A stretch of DNA of 45,756 nt from a virus. Lineage: Duplodnaviria; Caudoviricetes. The position numbers were made by a program, and so were the translations under genes. Under the pieces are notes generated by a model. That model searched no databases. It was not told where the DNA came from and saw nothing but the letters and a program-made list of their open reading frames with translations. Below, one piece after another: positions 6,722 through 15,445 of the stretch (the first letter of the stretch is position 1; the number at the start of each line of letters is the position of its first letter). The stretch lies in IMG/VR virus record IMGVR_UViG_3300033076_001086, positions 1 to 45,756 of that record. One strand, given 5' to 3'.

Positions 6722-9084
6722 ACTCTGTACGTCTGGATGGTTTGGGCGGCGGTGTAGGCCTTGGCGATCTCGGAGCCGCCCGTAATCCGAGATGCGGGAG
6801 ATCCCGCCAGGACAAAGAGCTGCACCCGTTTGCCGTCCGGCTGCACGGGGTTGTTCACACGGCCGTCAGGCAGGCCAGGGTGCAGGATGTACCCCATTTG
6901 AAGGAGCATCTGCCGGCGGCGCTGTAGGCTAATTTTGTTGCCCAGACGCAGCGTGTCGGAAATGAGGCGATCGAGGAATCCAGAGGACACCCAGCCCCCC
7001 ATAAACCCGGGCGTCTCCAAGGCGATGGCCTCGGCGATGTGCTGCTCAACGGCGCCACGCGATTCAATGATGGCCTGATCCGTGGTTGAGGTGTGCGGCG
7101 CTCGGTGCAATGTGGTCGCTGGGTTGAATTCGTCCGCGATGGGGTACGTGTGCAGAAGCTCGGACACGATCGCAAACCCATCCTGGCGCAACCAGCCTTG
7201 AAGCTGCGGAAAGTATGACCCGCCCATGCCGTCACGCTCGATGTCGGCTTTCGTCTGCTGGGCCATGTAGAACAACCCGAAGCGGCGGGCATTGTCCGCT
7301 GTCTTTCGCACCGCGTCCCGGTGGTTGGTCGTGCACATGAAATTAGCGACGATGGCTTTCGACTCTTGGTCTACATTTTTGAACTGGACTTGAATCCCCA
7401 TGCCCCCCGTGATGAGCACGTGCAGGTTCTCCAAGGCGTCATCGGTGTGTGCTTGGTCGCGCCCCTTGAGCTCCTCTACGGCCACAAAAGTTTTGTCTGC
7501 AATCCAGCCGTTGAACTGGCTGGCCAAGTCGTTCGCCTTCGGCCAGTGCGTGTAGTGCTGCCCGACGGCCATGGCCACGCAGGCGAGCAGTGTGGACTTG
7601 CCGTTGCCCTCCGCGCCCTGTATGACTGGGGCCCACTGAAACTTGATGCCTTGATGCTGGACGCAGGCGGCCATGTAGGACAGAAGAATCGTCCGGTCTC
7701 GCTCATCGGGGAGCATCTTTTCGAGGTGCCGCAGGAACGGTGTCACATCGCCCACCACCCGGCGCACATAGGCCGGCCACCACGTATTGACCCGCGTCCG
7801 GCCCGCATCGTTCACGACCTCGCCAGGGGGCCGCGTGGGCATGAAACAGGTCGTGTCGGCCCGGGGTGCCCTCAGCGCCTGGGACTCGGTGAAAGCCTCC
7901 CAAGCGTTGCGCGTGGTGCGCTCGTTGATCGTGTCCATGGCGAACGTGTAGCCGCCGAAGGTGACGTTAAACCGGTCCTTGTTCAAGAGGTGGCCCCCGG
8001 GCACGAGGATGCGGTTCTGGCTCAGCACGTACACGCAGCCATTGAAAGTATTACGCTGCTCCTCGGGGGACAGAAAAGTGTTGCCCGTGATGTCGGCCTG
8101 GATGGGCGCCCCTGTCATTGGGGCCAAAGAAGGCGGGGGCTCGGGCGGGGTGTCCTTGAGGACGTCGCCGCCCCGAGATAGAACCTCGGAAATGGAGCGG
8201 GGAAGGTAGTCATCCCGCAGCCACTTCTCCCGCACAAGGGCGGACTGTTGCATCAGCCGCTCAATCCGCTCCCCGTGCTTGCCGGTCCAAAAGGCCAGAT
8301 GGGCAATTAAGGCAGCGTCTGCGGCGCTGGCGTTGTAGGGGCGGTCCGGGTCTGGATATGCCTTGCCGAGCTGCACGTGGTTGGCGGTCCACAGGTCCGC
8401 AAACGCCGCCTTGGCGCCAAAGGTGCTCGCGGCGCTGCGCGACTGCATAGCCCGGCGGATCAAGTCGGCGTCGTCGGTGGGGCCGTTCCACTCGGGCACG
8501 GGCGCGGTGCTTAGCGTCCAGTCACCATTGGCGCTCCCGGCGTTCGGAGGGAAGAAATGCTCGGTGATGTACTGAAGATTCGCAGTGCAGTCGATAGCGG
8601 CGTCACCCTGCGCCATGTTGCCCGTAAGGGCGATGAATCGACGCTCGGTGTAAAACTCCAAGCGCAACGCCTCGTTCTTTTTGCCGTGGGGCGGGGCTTT
8701 GCCGGTGCCGATGATGTGCAGGCCTTGGCCGGATTGCGAGAGCTCCATGGCGGCGCCGCGAAAGCCCGCGCACAGGAATTGCGCCAGCTCGCTCGGCCCC
8801 TTGACGGCGTCGTAGTGGTCATCAAGATCCACAAAAAAGAAGGGATCGGCCGAGGTGAGCACAAAGGCCACACCGTAGGAGGGGCCCCAGGCCGTCGCGC
8901 AGGCGCAGGCGGTGGCGGCGTCGGTCCAGTTGGTCGGGTCGTGCGCGGTAACGACTTTGGCGGTGTGGGGGCTGACCGGCAGTTTGTCCATCTTTCCGGG
9001 CTTCGTCTCACTCGGGACAAGCACGTAGCACATGAACTGCCGATAGGCGCCCATCGGCGCGAGAGCGGGGGGAAGCTGATGCAC
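6718..9084 (-). CDS. NrS-1-like primase-polymerase fused to SF3 (DUF5906-type) helicase
   Basis: Prim-pol motifs FVDLDD, ELSQSGQGLH, EFYTERRFIALTG; helix-bundle-like SAADAALIAHLAFWTG...REKW; Walker A GAEGNGKS, Walker B VAVEE, motif C CTTNH. Confidence 0.88.
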   Translation of the reverse strand: MHQLPPALAPMGAYRQFMCYVLVPSETKPGKMDKLPVSPHTAKVVTAHDPTNWTDAATACACATAWGPSYGVAFVLTSADPFFFVDLDDHYDAVKGPSELAQFLCAGFRGAAMELSQSGQGLHIIGTGKAPPHGKKNEALRLEFYTERRFIALTGNMAQGDAAIDCTANLQYITEHFFPPNAGSANGDWTLSTAPVPEWNGPTDDADLIRRAMQSRSAASTFGAKAAFADLWTANHVQLGKAYPDPDRPYNASAADAALIAHLAFWTGKHGERIERLMQQSALVREKWLRDDYLPRSISEVLSRGGDVLKDTPPEPPPSLAPMTGAPIQADITGNTFLSPEEQRNTFNGCVYVLSQNRILVPGGHLLNKDRFNVTFGGYTFAMDTINERTTRNAWEAFTESQALRAPRADTTCFMPTRPPGEVVNDAGRTRVNTWWPAYVRRVVGDVTPFLRHLEKMLPDERDRTILLSYMAACVQHQGIKFQWAPVIQGAEGNGKSTLLACVAMAVGQHYTHWPKANDLASQFNGWIADKTFVAVEELKGRDQAHTDDALENLHVLITGGMGIQVQFKNVDQESKAIVANFMCTTNHRDAVRKTADNARRFGLFYMAQQTKADIERDGMGGSYFPQLQGWLRQDGFAIVSELLHTYPIADEFNPATTLHRAPHTSTTDQAIIESRGAVEQHIAEAIALETPGFMGGWVSSGFLDRLISDTLRLGNKISLQRRRQMLLQMGYILHPGLPDGRVNNPVQPDGKRVQLFVLAGSPASRITGGSEIAKAYTAAQTIQTYRV

Positions 9085-9093
9085 GGCGGCCCC

Positions 9094-9408
9094 TCAAGCG
9101 GCCAAGGTCTGCAGGGCGCGGGCTTTCAGGTCGTCGGGTGCCTTGCGGGCGTGGCGGTCCCTGGCGGCGAGTCCTTGCGCCAGCACGCGCAGGTTCTCGC
9201 GCTTGATGGCTTCGCGCATGACCTTGCGGCGCAGCTCCTCCATGGTGCCCATGTGGTAGGTGATGAGCGAGGGCGAAGGAAAGCCACACACCCGAGCAAT
9301 CGCATCTCGCGAGACGTTGGTGTAGCCGTGCTGCTCGGCCAGAATCAAAGCCGTGTCGAGGATGTGTTTGATGCGCTCGCGGGCGTCTTGTTTCGGTTGG
9401 GGCGTCAT
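9094..9408 (-). CDS. TetR-like HTH transcriptional regulator (start revised to 9408)
   Basis: ILDTALILAEQHGYTNVSRDAIARVCGFPSPSLITYHMGT matches the TetR N-terminal HTH pattern. Confidence 0.75.
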   Translation of the reverse strand: MTPQPKQDARERIKHILDTALILAEQHGYTNVSRDAIARVCGFPSPSLITYHMGTMEELRRKVMREAIKRENLRVLAQGLAARDRHARKAPDDLKARALQTLAA

Positions 9409-9439
9409 GGTGCGATGGTGTCTCGGTTTGTCGGCGTCG

Positions 9440-9901
9440 TCAAGTATAGCGCCAGGGGCGCAGCTTCTGTGAGTAAGGCACGTACAGGGGGTGTTTGGGC
9501 GAACCGTTGGCGTTCGTTCCCAGGCACCATAGCTCCGCCCCGTGCCGTGTGAGAATTGATGCTGTTCTGGCGCCCTGTTCTCGGGGGGCATTGTTGCCCC
9601 AGCCAATCACGATCAGCGGGTAAAGGGCGGCCATACCCAAGTAGACGTCATTCTCGGGCCCGTAGGGGTCCGCCATGGCTCGCCAGTCTTTCGGGTCTGT
9701 CGCTCGCCCCGCTCCGATGTTGAAAAGGTGATACGCGGGGTACCCCCAGTCCCGGGCGAAGGCTTTTATCTTCGTGGACGTGGGGTCGTCTACCTCAGCG
9801 TCAGCCGTACTCGGGTTGAGCAGCACCACCGCGCACGCAGGGCCCGCGCCCCGCGTGAGAACGTAGCGATAACGACCGCAGGGGGAGAGGATCGCGTTCA
9901 T
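9440..9901 (-). CDS. DUF1643 family protein
   Basis: SPCGRYRYVLTR, LLNPSTAD...DDPT, GWG, PKHPLY motifs; ATGA-coupled start 9901. Confidence 0.85.
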   Translation of the reverse strand: MNAILSPCGRYRYVLTRGAGPACAVVLLNPSTADAEVDDPTSTKIKAFARDWGYPAYHLFNIGAGRATDPKDWRAMADPYGPENDVYLGMAALYPLIVIGWGNNAPREQGARTASILTRHGAELWCLGTNANGSPKHPLYVPYSQKLRPWRYT

Positions 9902-10272
9902 AGCTGCAATCCGTAGGGCTTGTACAAAGGAATGTTCGCGCTTTCGAGTAAGCGGACCATGTGGGCGGTGCCCGTCCCTCCGGGAAAAGCAAGACCGTAT
10001 GTTGGTCGACAAAACCGCATCATCCACTCGTTGCGGAGCGGGCCCGCGCGCTTACTATAGGCCGTCCAGTTTGCATCTACCTGCATGACGCACATCCCTT
10101 GCGCGCGCCCCCACTCGGCGCACAAAGCGTCCGCACCTTGGGCACCCCCGTGCAAGATGGCGGTATCTGACCGCAGTAGCCCCGAGTGTTCAAAAAGTCG
10201 AGTTAGGGCGGTGGCCACCTTGTCGCGGTCAAAAAAGCGACGGCCCCCGCAGCATAGTAATACTTGCGTCAT
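9898..10272 (-). CDS. SLOG-superfamily protein (YspA-related, DUF2493-like)
   Basis: CGGR, ILHGGAQGAD, ANW...AGPLRNEWM, AFPGGTGTAHMV. Confidence 0.85.
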   Translation of the reverse strand: MTQVLLCCGGRRFFDRDKVATALTRLFEHSGLLRSDTAILHGGAQGADALCAEWGRAQGMCVMQVDANWTAYSKRAGPLRNEWMMRFCRPTYGLAFPGGTGTAHMVRLLESANIPLYKPYGLQL

Positions 10273-10754
10273 AGCGTCCCCACCCCAGTTGCAAACCGCG
10301 CATCTCCGCCGTCTGCGTTTACAAGGTTGATCCAAGCCAGCTGTGCGCCTTCGTGCGGGTCATTCGGGTGGTATTGCCAGCCGGGCTCTTTCATCTCACG
10401 ACAGAGGAACTGCGCGATAGTGTGGCCAACGTGGCTTTGCTGTATTACCACGGGGCGCCAGCCGATCAGGTCACTGGACTTGATGACTTCGTTTATTTGC
10501 TTGGACTCATTGGCCAGCCCGAAGCGCACCACGCGGCCGGTGGAGTCCTTGAGGGCCCCCACGTTGTTGCGGAACAGCTTGACGCCCACGCGGCTCGCTT
10601 CCAGGCGGACCATGGACTGCGCCCAGGCCTCGGACTTGCCCGCTTCGGGTGCGTCCGGGGGGAGTGGCGGGGTATAGGTGCCGAGCATGGTCTGAAGCTC
10701 ACGCACTGCGTGCGGCGGTAGCCCGTACTTGATGGCCCAGGTGTGAAGGGTCAT
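10269..10754 (-). CDS. VRR-NUC-like PD-(D/E)xK nuclease / possible resolvase
   Basis: SEAWAQ, LFRNNVG, RFGL, SSDLIG, REMK, Q..WI..V...GG.A. Confidence 0.75.
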   Translation of the reverse strand: MTLHTWAIKYGLPPHAVRELQTMLGTYTPPLPPDAPEAGKSEAWAQSMVRLEASRVGVKLFRNNVGALKDSTGRVVRFGLANESKQINEVIKSSDLIGWRPVVIQQSHVGHTIAQFLCREMKEPGWQYHPNDPHEGAQLAWINLVNADGGDARFATGVGTL

Positions 10755-11218
10755 CACTCGCACCCCCTGCCAATTTCGCCCGCGTCATGCGGCGCGGTGA
10801 AATCCTTCCAGTGTCGAAAGCCTTGGGGGCACAAAAACCCCCACTCGCGCACGCGCGGCCCCGTGATGAAAAGGGTACGACACGGATGTTCTGGACCCCC
10901 GAAGAATTTAAACAGCTCCACGCGGTGCGGCGAGGCGCCCCAACGAAAAACCACGGAGCCACGACGACGCAAAGACACCCCTTGCGGCGTGTGTTCCCAG
11001 TAGGACCCGCGCCACACAATCGAAATATTGAACAGCCAGGGGTGGGTGTGCAAAGCGCGGTCGTCGTCGCTGCGGCGAAACTCATGGCCGTAGATGTTGA
11101 AAAACGGGTTGCGCGGGATGATCCACCACCGAAGCAGGTAGGGGTTCTCGTGGCCTCCGATGACCACATCGGGGGGCGCAGTCATGCGGCGGTCAATGTA
11201 TCGGGCTATGGCGTTCAT
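10754..11218 (-). CDS. Cupin-like metal-binding phage protein
   Basis: YLLRW, SDDDRALHTHPW, GSYWE, HRVEL, TLFITGPRVREWGF. Confidence 0.7.
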   Translation of the reverse strand: MNAIARYIDRRMTAPPDVVIGGHENPYLLRWWIIPRNPFFNIYGHEFRRSDDDRALHTHPWLFNISIVWRGSYWEHTPQGVSLRRRGSVVFRWGASPHRVELFKFFGGPEHPCRTLFITGPRVREWGFLCPQGFRHWKDFTAPHDAGEIGRGCE

Positions 11219-11475
11219 ACCGGCCCCAACGCCATGATGGAAAACCCCGCCTCCAGCCCGAAGAGAGGGCCGGTCAAGAGGTAGCACACGCGACGCTCCA
11301 GCACCCGCCCCGTAGGAAGCAATTCCCAGTCTTCGCCCTGGTAACTGTGCTCGCGAAGTTCTAGAACATCGCCCACTTTGAACCCGCGATCGTCGTACCG
11401 AAGTTCAAAATTCTTTCGCCCGTCCGCCACTGCCGCGTAATAGTCCGGCAAAATTTTTAGGATGTGCGTCGTCAT
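11215..11475 (-). CDS. ASCH/PUA-like (DUF3850) domain protein
   Basis: HILKILPDYYAAVADGRKNFELRYDDRGFKVGDVLELRE. Confidence 0.85.
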   Translation of the reverse strand: MTTHILKILPDYYAAVADGRKNFELRYDDRGFKVGDVLELREHSYQGEDWELLPTGRVLERRVCYLLTGPLFGLEAGFSIMALGPV

Positions 11476-13199
11476 ACCGTGGTTACTCCATTCTTCAAAA
11501 GATGAGCGGTAATACGCCCGGTGAGTGCCTCGGCCTCCGGGCGTCCGAGCAGCTGCGCGGACATCACGTCAATGCCGAAACGGTGAAAAAATTGTCGTTG
11601 CCCCTCGCTGTCCGAGTGCCCCAGCGCGGACCGCCAGCCACCCCACAGCATCAGCACGTTGCGCAGCCGCTGCTGGGCCTCGAAGCGCTCTCCGTGCACA
11701 CGGAACGCCACGGAGCGCCCGGCGGCCATGATGTGACTGGCGGTCGGAGCCCCGTCGATAACAGCCTTTTGACCGCGCATGGCCTCCAGTACCGCCGGGT
11801 CGAGCTCGTACAGGTCGCCATCCACAAACTCAGGGCCCGAACGGGAGGCCGGCTCCGGGTAATACTGGCAGAAGGGACACACCTTCAAGTACCTCTCGTA
11901 CACGGAGGCGCAAGGTGTGCCCCTTCCGTCTGCGTTCGGGTTCGCGCACACGCGGAGCGGCACGGCATCGCTTTCGCTTGACGCACGCGAGGCCCTGCGG
12001 TCGAGGCTCCACGTCTGGATCGCGTCCGGCACCCCGTGGCGAATCACATTGCCTACGTGGTCAATGATGATCCCGGCCGGCTTGGTGCTGCGGGCGATCT
12101 CGGCCCGTCGTTGCTCGGGCGTCATGAGCTCCCATTGGCCCATTGGCGTACCCACGAGGAGGCGCAGGGCCCGGCCGAACTGCTGCACGTACAGAGAGAA
12201 TGACTCCGTCTTGCGGCCAAAAATCACGACCTCGATTGCGGGCAAGTCGAAGCCTTCGCCAAACAGATCCACGTTCACCAGCATATGAATCTGTCGAGCG
12301 GCGAAGCGGCGCAGCACGTCGCCTCGCACAAGGGGGTCAGTGTCGGCCGTCACAACCGCCGCCGTCACCCCGGCCGCATCAAACGCGTGCTTGAGTTCTT
12401 TGGCGCTCTCGACATCCACAGCGAAGGTGACGCCGAGTTTTCCTGGGGCGATCTTCTGGTAGTGCCGGACCACATCCCCCACAAAGGAATCAGAGGCATG
12501 CACCGCGGCCGATAGCTTGGCGGGGCTCAGGTCTCCGGAGGCCGTCACCTTGACCTCGGAATAATCCACATCTGAGGGCGGCGCAAAGATGCGGTACGGG
12601 GTGAGGTAGCCAAGGTCGATCAGCTCGCGCATTTCCGGACCTTGCACCATCGCGTGAAAGAGCCCATCAGCGTGCGCGCCCAGCCCCGCCCCATCCGCTC
12701 GGCGAGGCGTGGCCGTCACGCCCAGCCCCCAGGCATTGGGAAACATCGCGGCGGCCTTGCCCCACTTGTTGCCCTGCAGGACATGGTGCGCTTCGTCCTG
12801 CACCCACAGGCCCACTTGTCGAAACCAGCTGTCCTCCGAGACGTTGCGCTTTACCAGCGTATCCACCCCGCAGGCCCCCACACGGGCGCCGGGATCGTGC
12901 AGCGAGCGCCCAAGCTCTTTCATGTGCAACGACACGCAGGTTCTGCGCAGGACATCCGAGCCGACAATGCGGTGGCGGACATTCTCGCGGGCCAGTGCGA
13001 GGGACATTTGCGAGACAAGCTCGCTACGGTGCGCGATGACCGCCGCCGCGGTACTGTTCACGCTGTTGACGATGTCGGCGAATAGGACAGTCTTACCGGA
13101 ACCCGTGGGGGAGACGGCCAGAACGTTGCGGTTTCCGTTGCCCCAGGCCGTAAAAATCTCTTGCTTGAGCTTGCTTTGGTAGCCCCGAAGTCGTGACAT
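11472..13199 (-). CDS. SF2 DNA helicase with C-terminal Zn finger (start revised to 13199)
   Basis: LRGYQ, PTGSGKT, DEAHH, TATP, EGFDLP, QQFGRALR, CPFC. Confidence 0.92.
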   Translation of the reverse strand: MSRLRGYQSKLKQEIFTAWGNGNRNVLAVSPTGSGKTVLFADIVNSVNSTAAAVIAHRSELVSQMSLALARENVRHRIVGSDVLRRTCVSLHMKELGRSLHDPGARVGACGVDTLVKRNVSEDSWFRQVGLWVQDEAHHVLQGNKWGKAAAMFPNAWGLGVTATPRRADGAGLGAHADGLFHAMVQGPEMRELIDLGYLTPYRIFAPPSDVDYSEVKVTASGDLSPAKLSAAVHASDSFVGDVVRHYQKIAPGKLGVTFAVDVESAKELKHAFDAAGVTAAVVTADTDPLVRGDVLRRFAARQIHMLVNVDLFGEGFDLPAIEVVIFGRKTESFSLYVQQFGRALRLLVGTPMGQWELMTPEQRRAEIARSTKPAGIIIDHVGNVIRHGVPDAIQTWSLDRRASRASSESDAVPLRVCANPNADGRGTPCASVYERYLKVCPFCQYYPEPASRSGPEFVDGDLYELDPAVLEAMRGQKAVIDGAPTASHIMAAGRSVAFRVHGERFEAQQRLRNVLMLWGGWRSALGHSDSEGQRQFFHRFGIDVMSAQLLGRPEAEALTGRITAHLLKNGVTTV

Positions 13200-13210
13200 A
13201 ATGGTATTAC

Positions 13211-13239
13211 TTGACAGTGTCGTTAAGTCTGATGATACT
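13211..13239 (+). promoter_or_regulatory. Sigma70-type promoter at the divergence point of the replication genes
   Basis: TTGACA-17bp-GATACT; heptamer GTATTAC abuts the -35 at 13204-13210. Confidence 0.7.
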
Positions 13240-13271
13240 GCAAGTCCTTTCAACCACAACCGGAGTTTTAC

Positions 13272-14201
13272 ATGCATCTCAAAATCAATCTCGCCAGCCG
13301 CGAGGACATCGCCGCCGCAGTGCCGCTGCTGCAGATGATCCTGGCCGGCACCGTGGCCGGCGGTTCTGCTGGCGTCGTCTTGACGGAGGCCGACGCCGCG
13401 GCGGACCTGGCAGGCACGCCCCGTCCCAACAACCCGACGGTTGTCATCAACCCCCCGTTCCCGGTTCTCACCGAAACCGTGCAGGATGCCGCTGCAGTGT
13501 TCGGCGGAACTCCCGCGAGTGCACCCCCTTTCGTGCCCCCGATCGTTGCCCCCTCTACTGTGGGTGCACCAGCATCCCCCAATGCCCCCGAGGCGCCGCA
13601 GGCTGGCGCGGCGATGCCGACGCCCGGTGCATTTCCTTCTGTTCCCCCTACCGGGCTCGTGGTGCCTGTCCCGACGGCTGGTGCGACGGGCGCGAACCCT
13701 GCAAACGGCGTTGACCTCGACAGCACCGGGCTACCCTGGGATGCTCGCATCCACGCGGGCAGCAAGAGCAAAAACAAGGACGGCTCGTGGACGGCAAAGC
13801 GCGGGCTCAACGACGAAGCGGCAGTGAACGCTATCAAGGCGGAGCTTCGCGCCTCTCTTGCTTCGGGCGCGCAAGCCGGCGCCGCGTTCCCGCCGCCGCT
13901 CACCCCCTCGGCCCCTTCACTGCCGCCGATGCCGGGTGCAGCCCCTTTCGTGCCCCCGGTTGTCAGCTCTCCGCCTGCGCCGCCGGTTGCGCCTTCCGCA
14001 CCTGTCGCCCCGCCGGAGACGTTTGACCAGCTCATGCTGCGCGTGGTGCCGTTCCTGCAAAGCGGCTACGTGCCCCCGGACGCCGTGGAGAAAGCGGCCC
14101 AGGCCTACCGCCTTCCGAACCTGACCAGCCTGCAGCAAAACCCCGCCTACGTCCCGCACGTGTGGGGCTACCTGCAGCAGCAGTATCCGGACATGAAATG
14201 A
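13272..14201 (+). CDS. Pro/Ala-rich phage protein with folded-looking core DSTGLPWDARIH...KNKDGSW
   Basis: GGAG RBS; core motif typical of genes preceding the exonuclease/SSB/polymerase block. Confidence 0.75.
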   Translation: MHLKINLASREDIAAAVPLLQMILAGTVAGGSAGVVLTEADAAADLAGTPRPNNPTVVINPPFPVLTETVQDAAAVFGGTPASAPPFVPPIVAPSTVGAPASPNAPEAPQAGAAMPTPGAFPSVPPTGLVVPVPTAGATGANPANGVDLDSTGLPWDARIHAGSKSKNKDGSWTAKRGLNDEAAVNAIKAELRASLASGAQAGAAFPPPLTPSAPSLPPMPGAAPFVPPVVSSPPAPPVAPSAPVAPPETFDQLMLRVVPFLQSGYVPPDAVEKAAQAYRLPNLTSLQQNPAYVPHVWGYLQQQYPDMK

Positions 14202-15388
14202 GCGCAGCGCCGCCCCTTCCCTCTGTCCTAACCCCGGTGGCCGGGGCGGCGCATGCGATCCTTGCGCCTTCGTCGGCCCACCGTTGGGTTTTCTGCCCCG
14301 GCTCGGTGCGCTTGGAGGCCCTGTTTCCGGAGACCGAGGAACGACCTGAAGCTGCGGAGGGCACCGCCGCGCATTGGGTTATCGAGTGCATGCTGCTGGA
14401 ACACCGCACGCCCGCCGTGGATGAGGTGGCCCCCAACGGGGTCCACGTTGATGCAACCATGATCGAAGCGGCCCAGGTTGTCTACGATGATGTGGTGGCC
14501 ACGCTCGGGGCGCAGTGGCGGCACATGATTGCGGTCGAGCAGCGAGTAGCTATTCCCCGCGTGCACCCGCAGAACTGGGGCACGCCCGATATCCGGGCGT
14601 GGCAGCAGCTCGGGGACGGCCGGTGGAAGCTGCACGTGTGGGACTTCAAGTATGGCTTTAAGATCGTTGAGGCCTACGAAAACTGGCAGTGCATCGACTA
14701 TGCGTCCGGGCTGCTGAGTGAAGCAAAGCTCGATGACGGATGGAACGATCAAAACACGGTCGTTTCTATCTGCGTCATTCAGCCCAGGGCGCCCCACCGC
14801 GAGGGCTCCGTGCGGCGCTGGGTGTTCCGGGCAAGCGACATCCGTGGCCACATCAACCGGCTTCAGATGTCGGCTATCGATGCGCTCGGCGAGAACCCGA
14901 AATGCTACCCGGAGCCCAGTGCTTGCGAGGACTGCAAAGGCCGTACCGTGTGCGAAGCGAACCAACGTGCCTCGCTGCGGGCCGCCTCGCTGGGGTACTC
15001 CGCGCAGCCGTTGGAGATGACGCCGCACGCGGTGGGTGTTGAGCTGCGCATGCTGTCAAGAGCAAAGAAAGTGCTTGACGCCCGCGTGGCCGCCCTGGAG
15101 GAGCAAGCCGTGGCCTATTTCCGCCGAGGTCAAGCCGTGTCGTGGTACGCGATGGAATCCACGCAAGGCCGCCTCGCCTGGACGAAGCCGACCGAGGAGG
15201 TGTTGGGCCTGGGTCGCATGCTCGGCAAGAACTTTGCAAAGCCTACGGAGCCCATCACGCCCACCCAGGCTAAGGCGCTCGCGCCTCAATTCGCCAGCTT
15301 GATTGACGCCGTTGCCGCGAGGCCGACCGGTTCGGTCAAGCTGGTGCCGGACGACGGGTCGAAAGCCCGCCGAGTATTTTCGTCTTGA
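14198..15388 (+). CDS. DUF2800 / Cas4-like PD-(D/E)xK exonuclease
   Basis: HAILAPSSAHRWVFCPGS, AAEGTAAH, VEQRV, WGTPD, DFKYG, IQPR, C..C.....C. Confidence 0.88.
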   Translation: MSAAPPLPSVLTPVAGAAHAILAPSSAHRWVFCPGSVRLEALFPETEERPEAAEGTAAHWVIECMLLEHRTPAVDEVAPNGVHVDATMIEAAQVVYDDVVATLGAQWRHMIAVEQRVAIPRVHPQNWGTPDIRAWQQLGDGRWKLHVWDFKYGFKIVEAYENWQCIDYASGLLSEAKLDDGWNDQNTVVSICVIQPRAPHREGSVRRWVFRASDIRGHINRLQMSAIDALGENPKCYPEPSACEDCKGRTVCEANQRASLRAASLGYSAQPLEMTPHAVGVELRMLSRAKKVLDARVAALEEQAVAYFRRGQAVSWYAMESTQGRLAWTKPTEEVLGLGRMLGKNFAKPTEPITPTQAKALAPQFASLIDAVAARPTGSVKLVPDDGSKARRVFSS

Positions 15389-15413
15389 CGGCCCCGTTAA
15401 ATCGGGTCATACT
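15385..15413 (+). promoter_or_regulatory. Sigma70-type promoter for the SSB/polymerase genes
   Basis: TTGACG-17bp-CATACT; heptamer at 15406 overlaps the -10. Confidence 0.72.
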
Positions 15414-15445
15414 TTCTTTTCATCAACCCCGAAAGGTATTTTTCC

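Noticed and set aside
9094-9408. Lysogeny repressor indicating a temperate lifestyle
   Set aside because: TetR-like rather than CI-like; no integrase, partition genes or cI/cro switch were seen.
14198-15388. CRISPR Cas4 / CRISPR-Cas locus
   Set aside because: No array or other cas genes; the context is the usual exonuclease-SSB-polymerase block.
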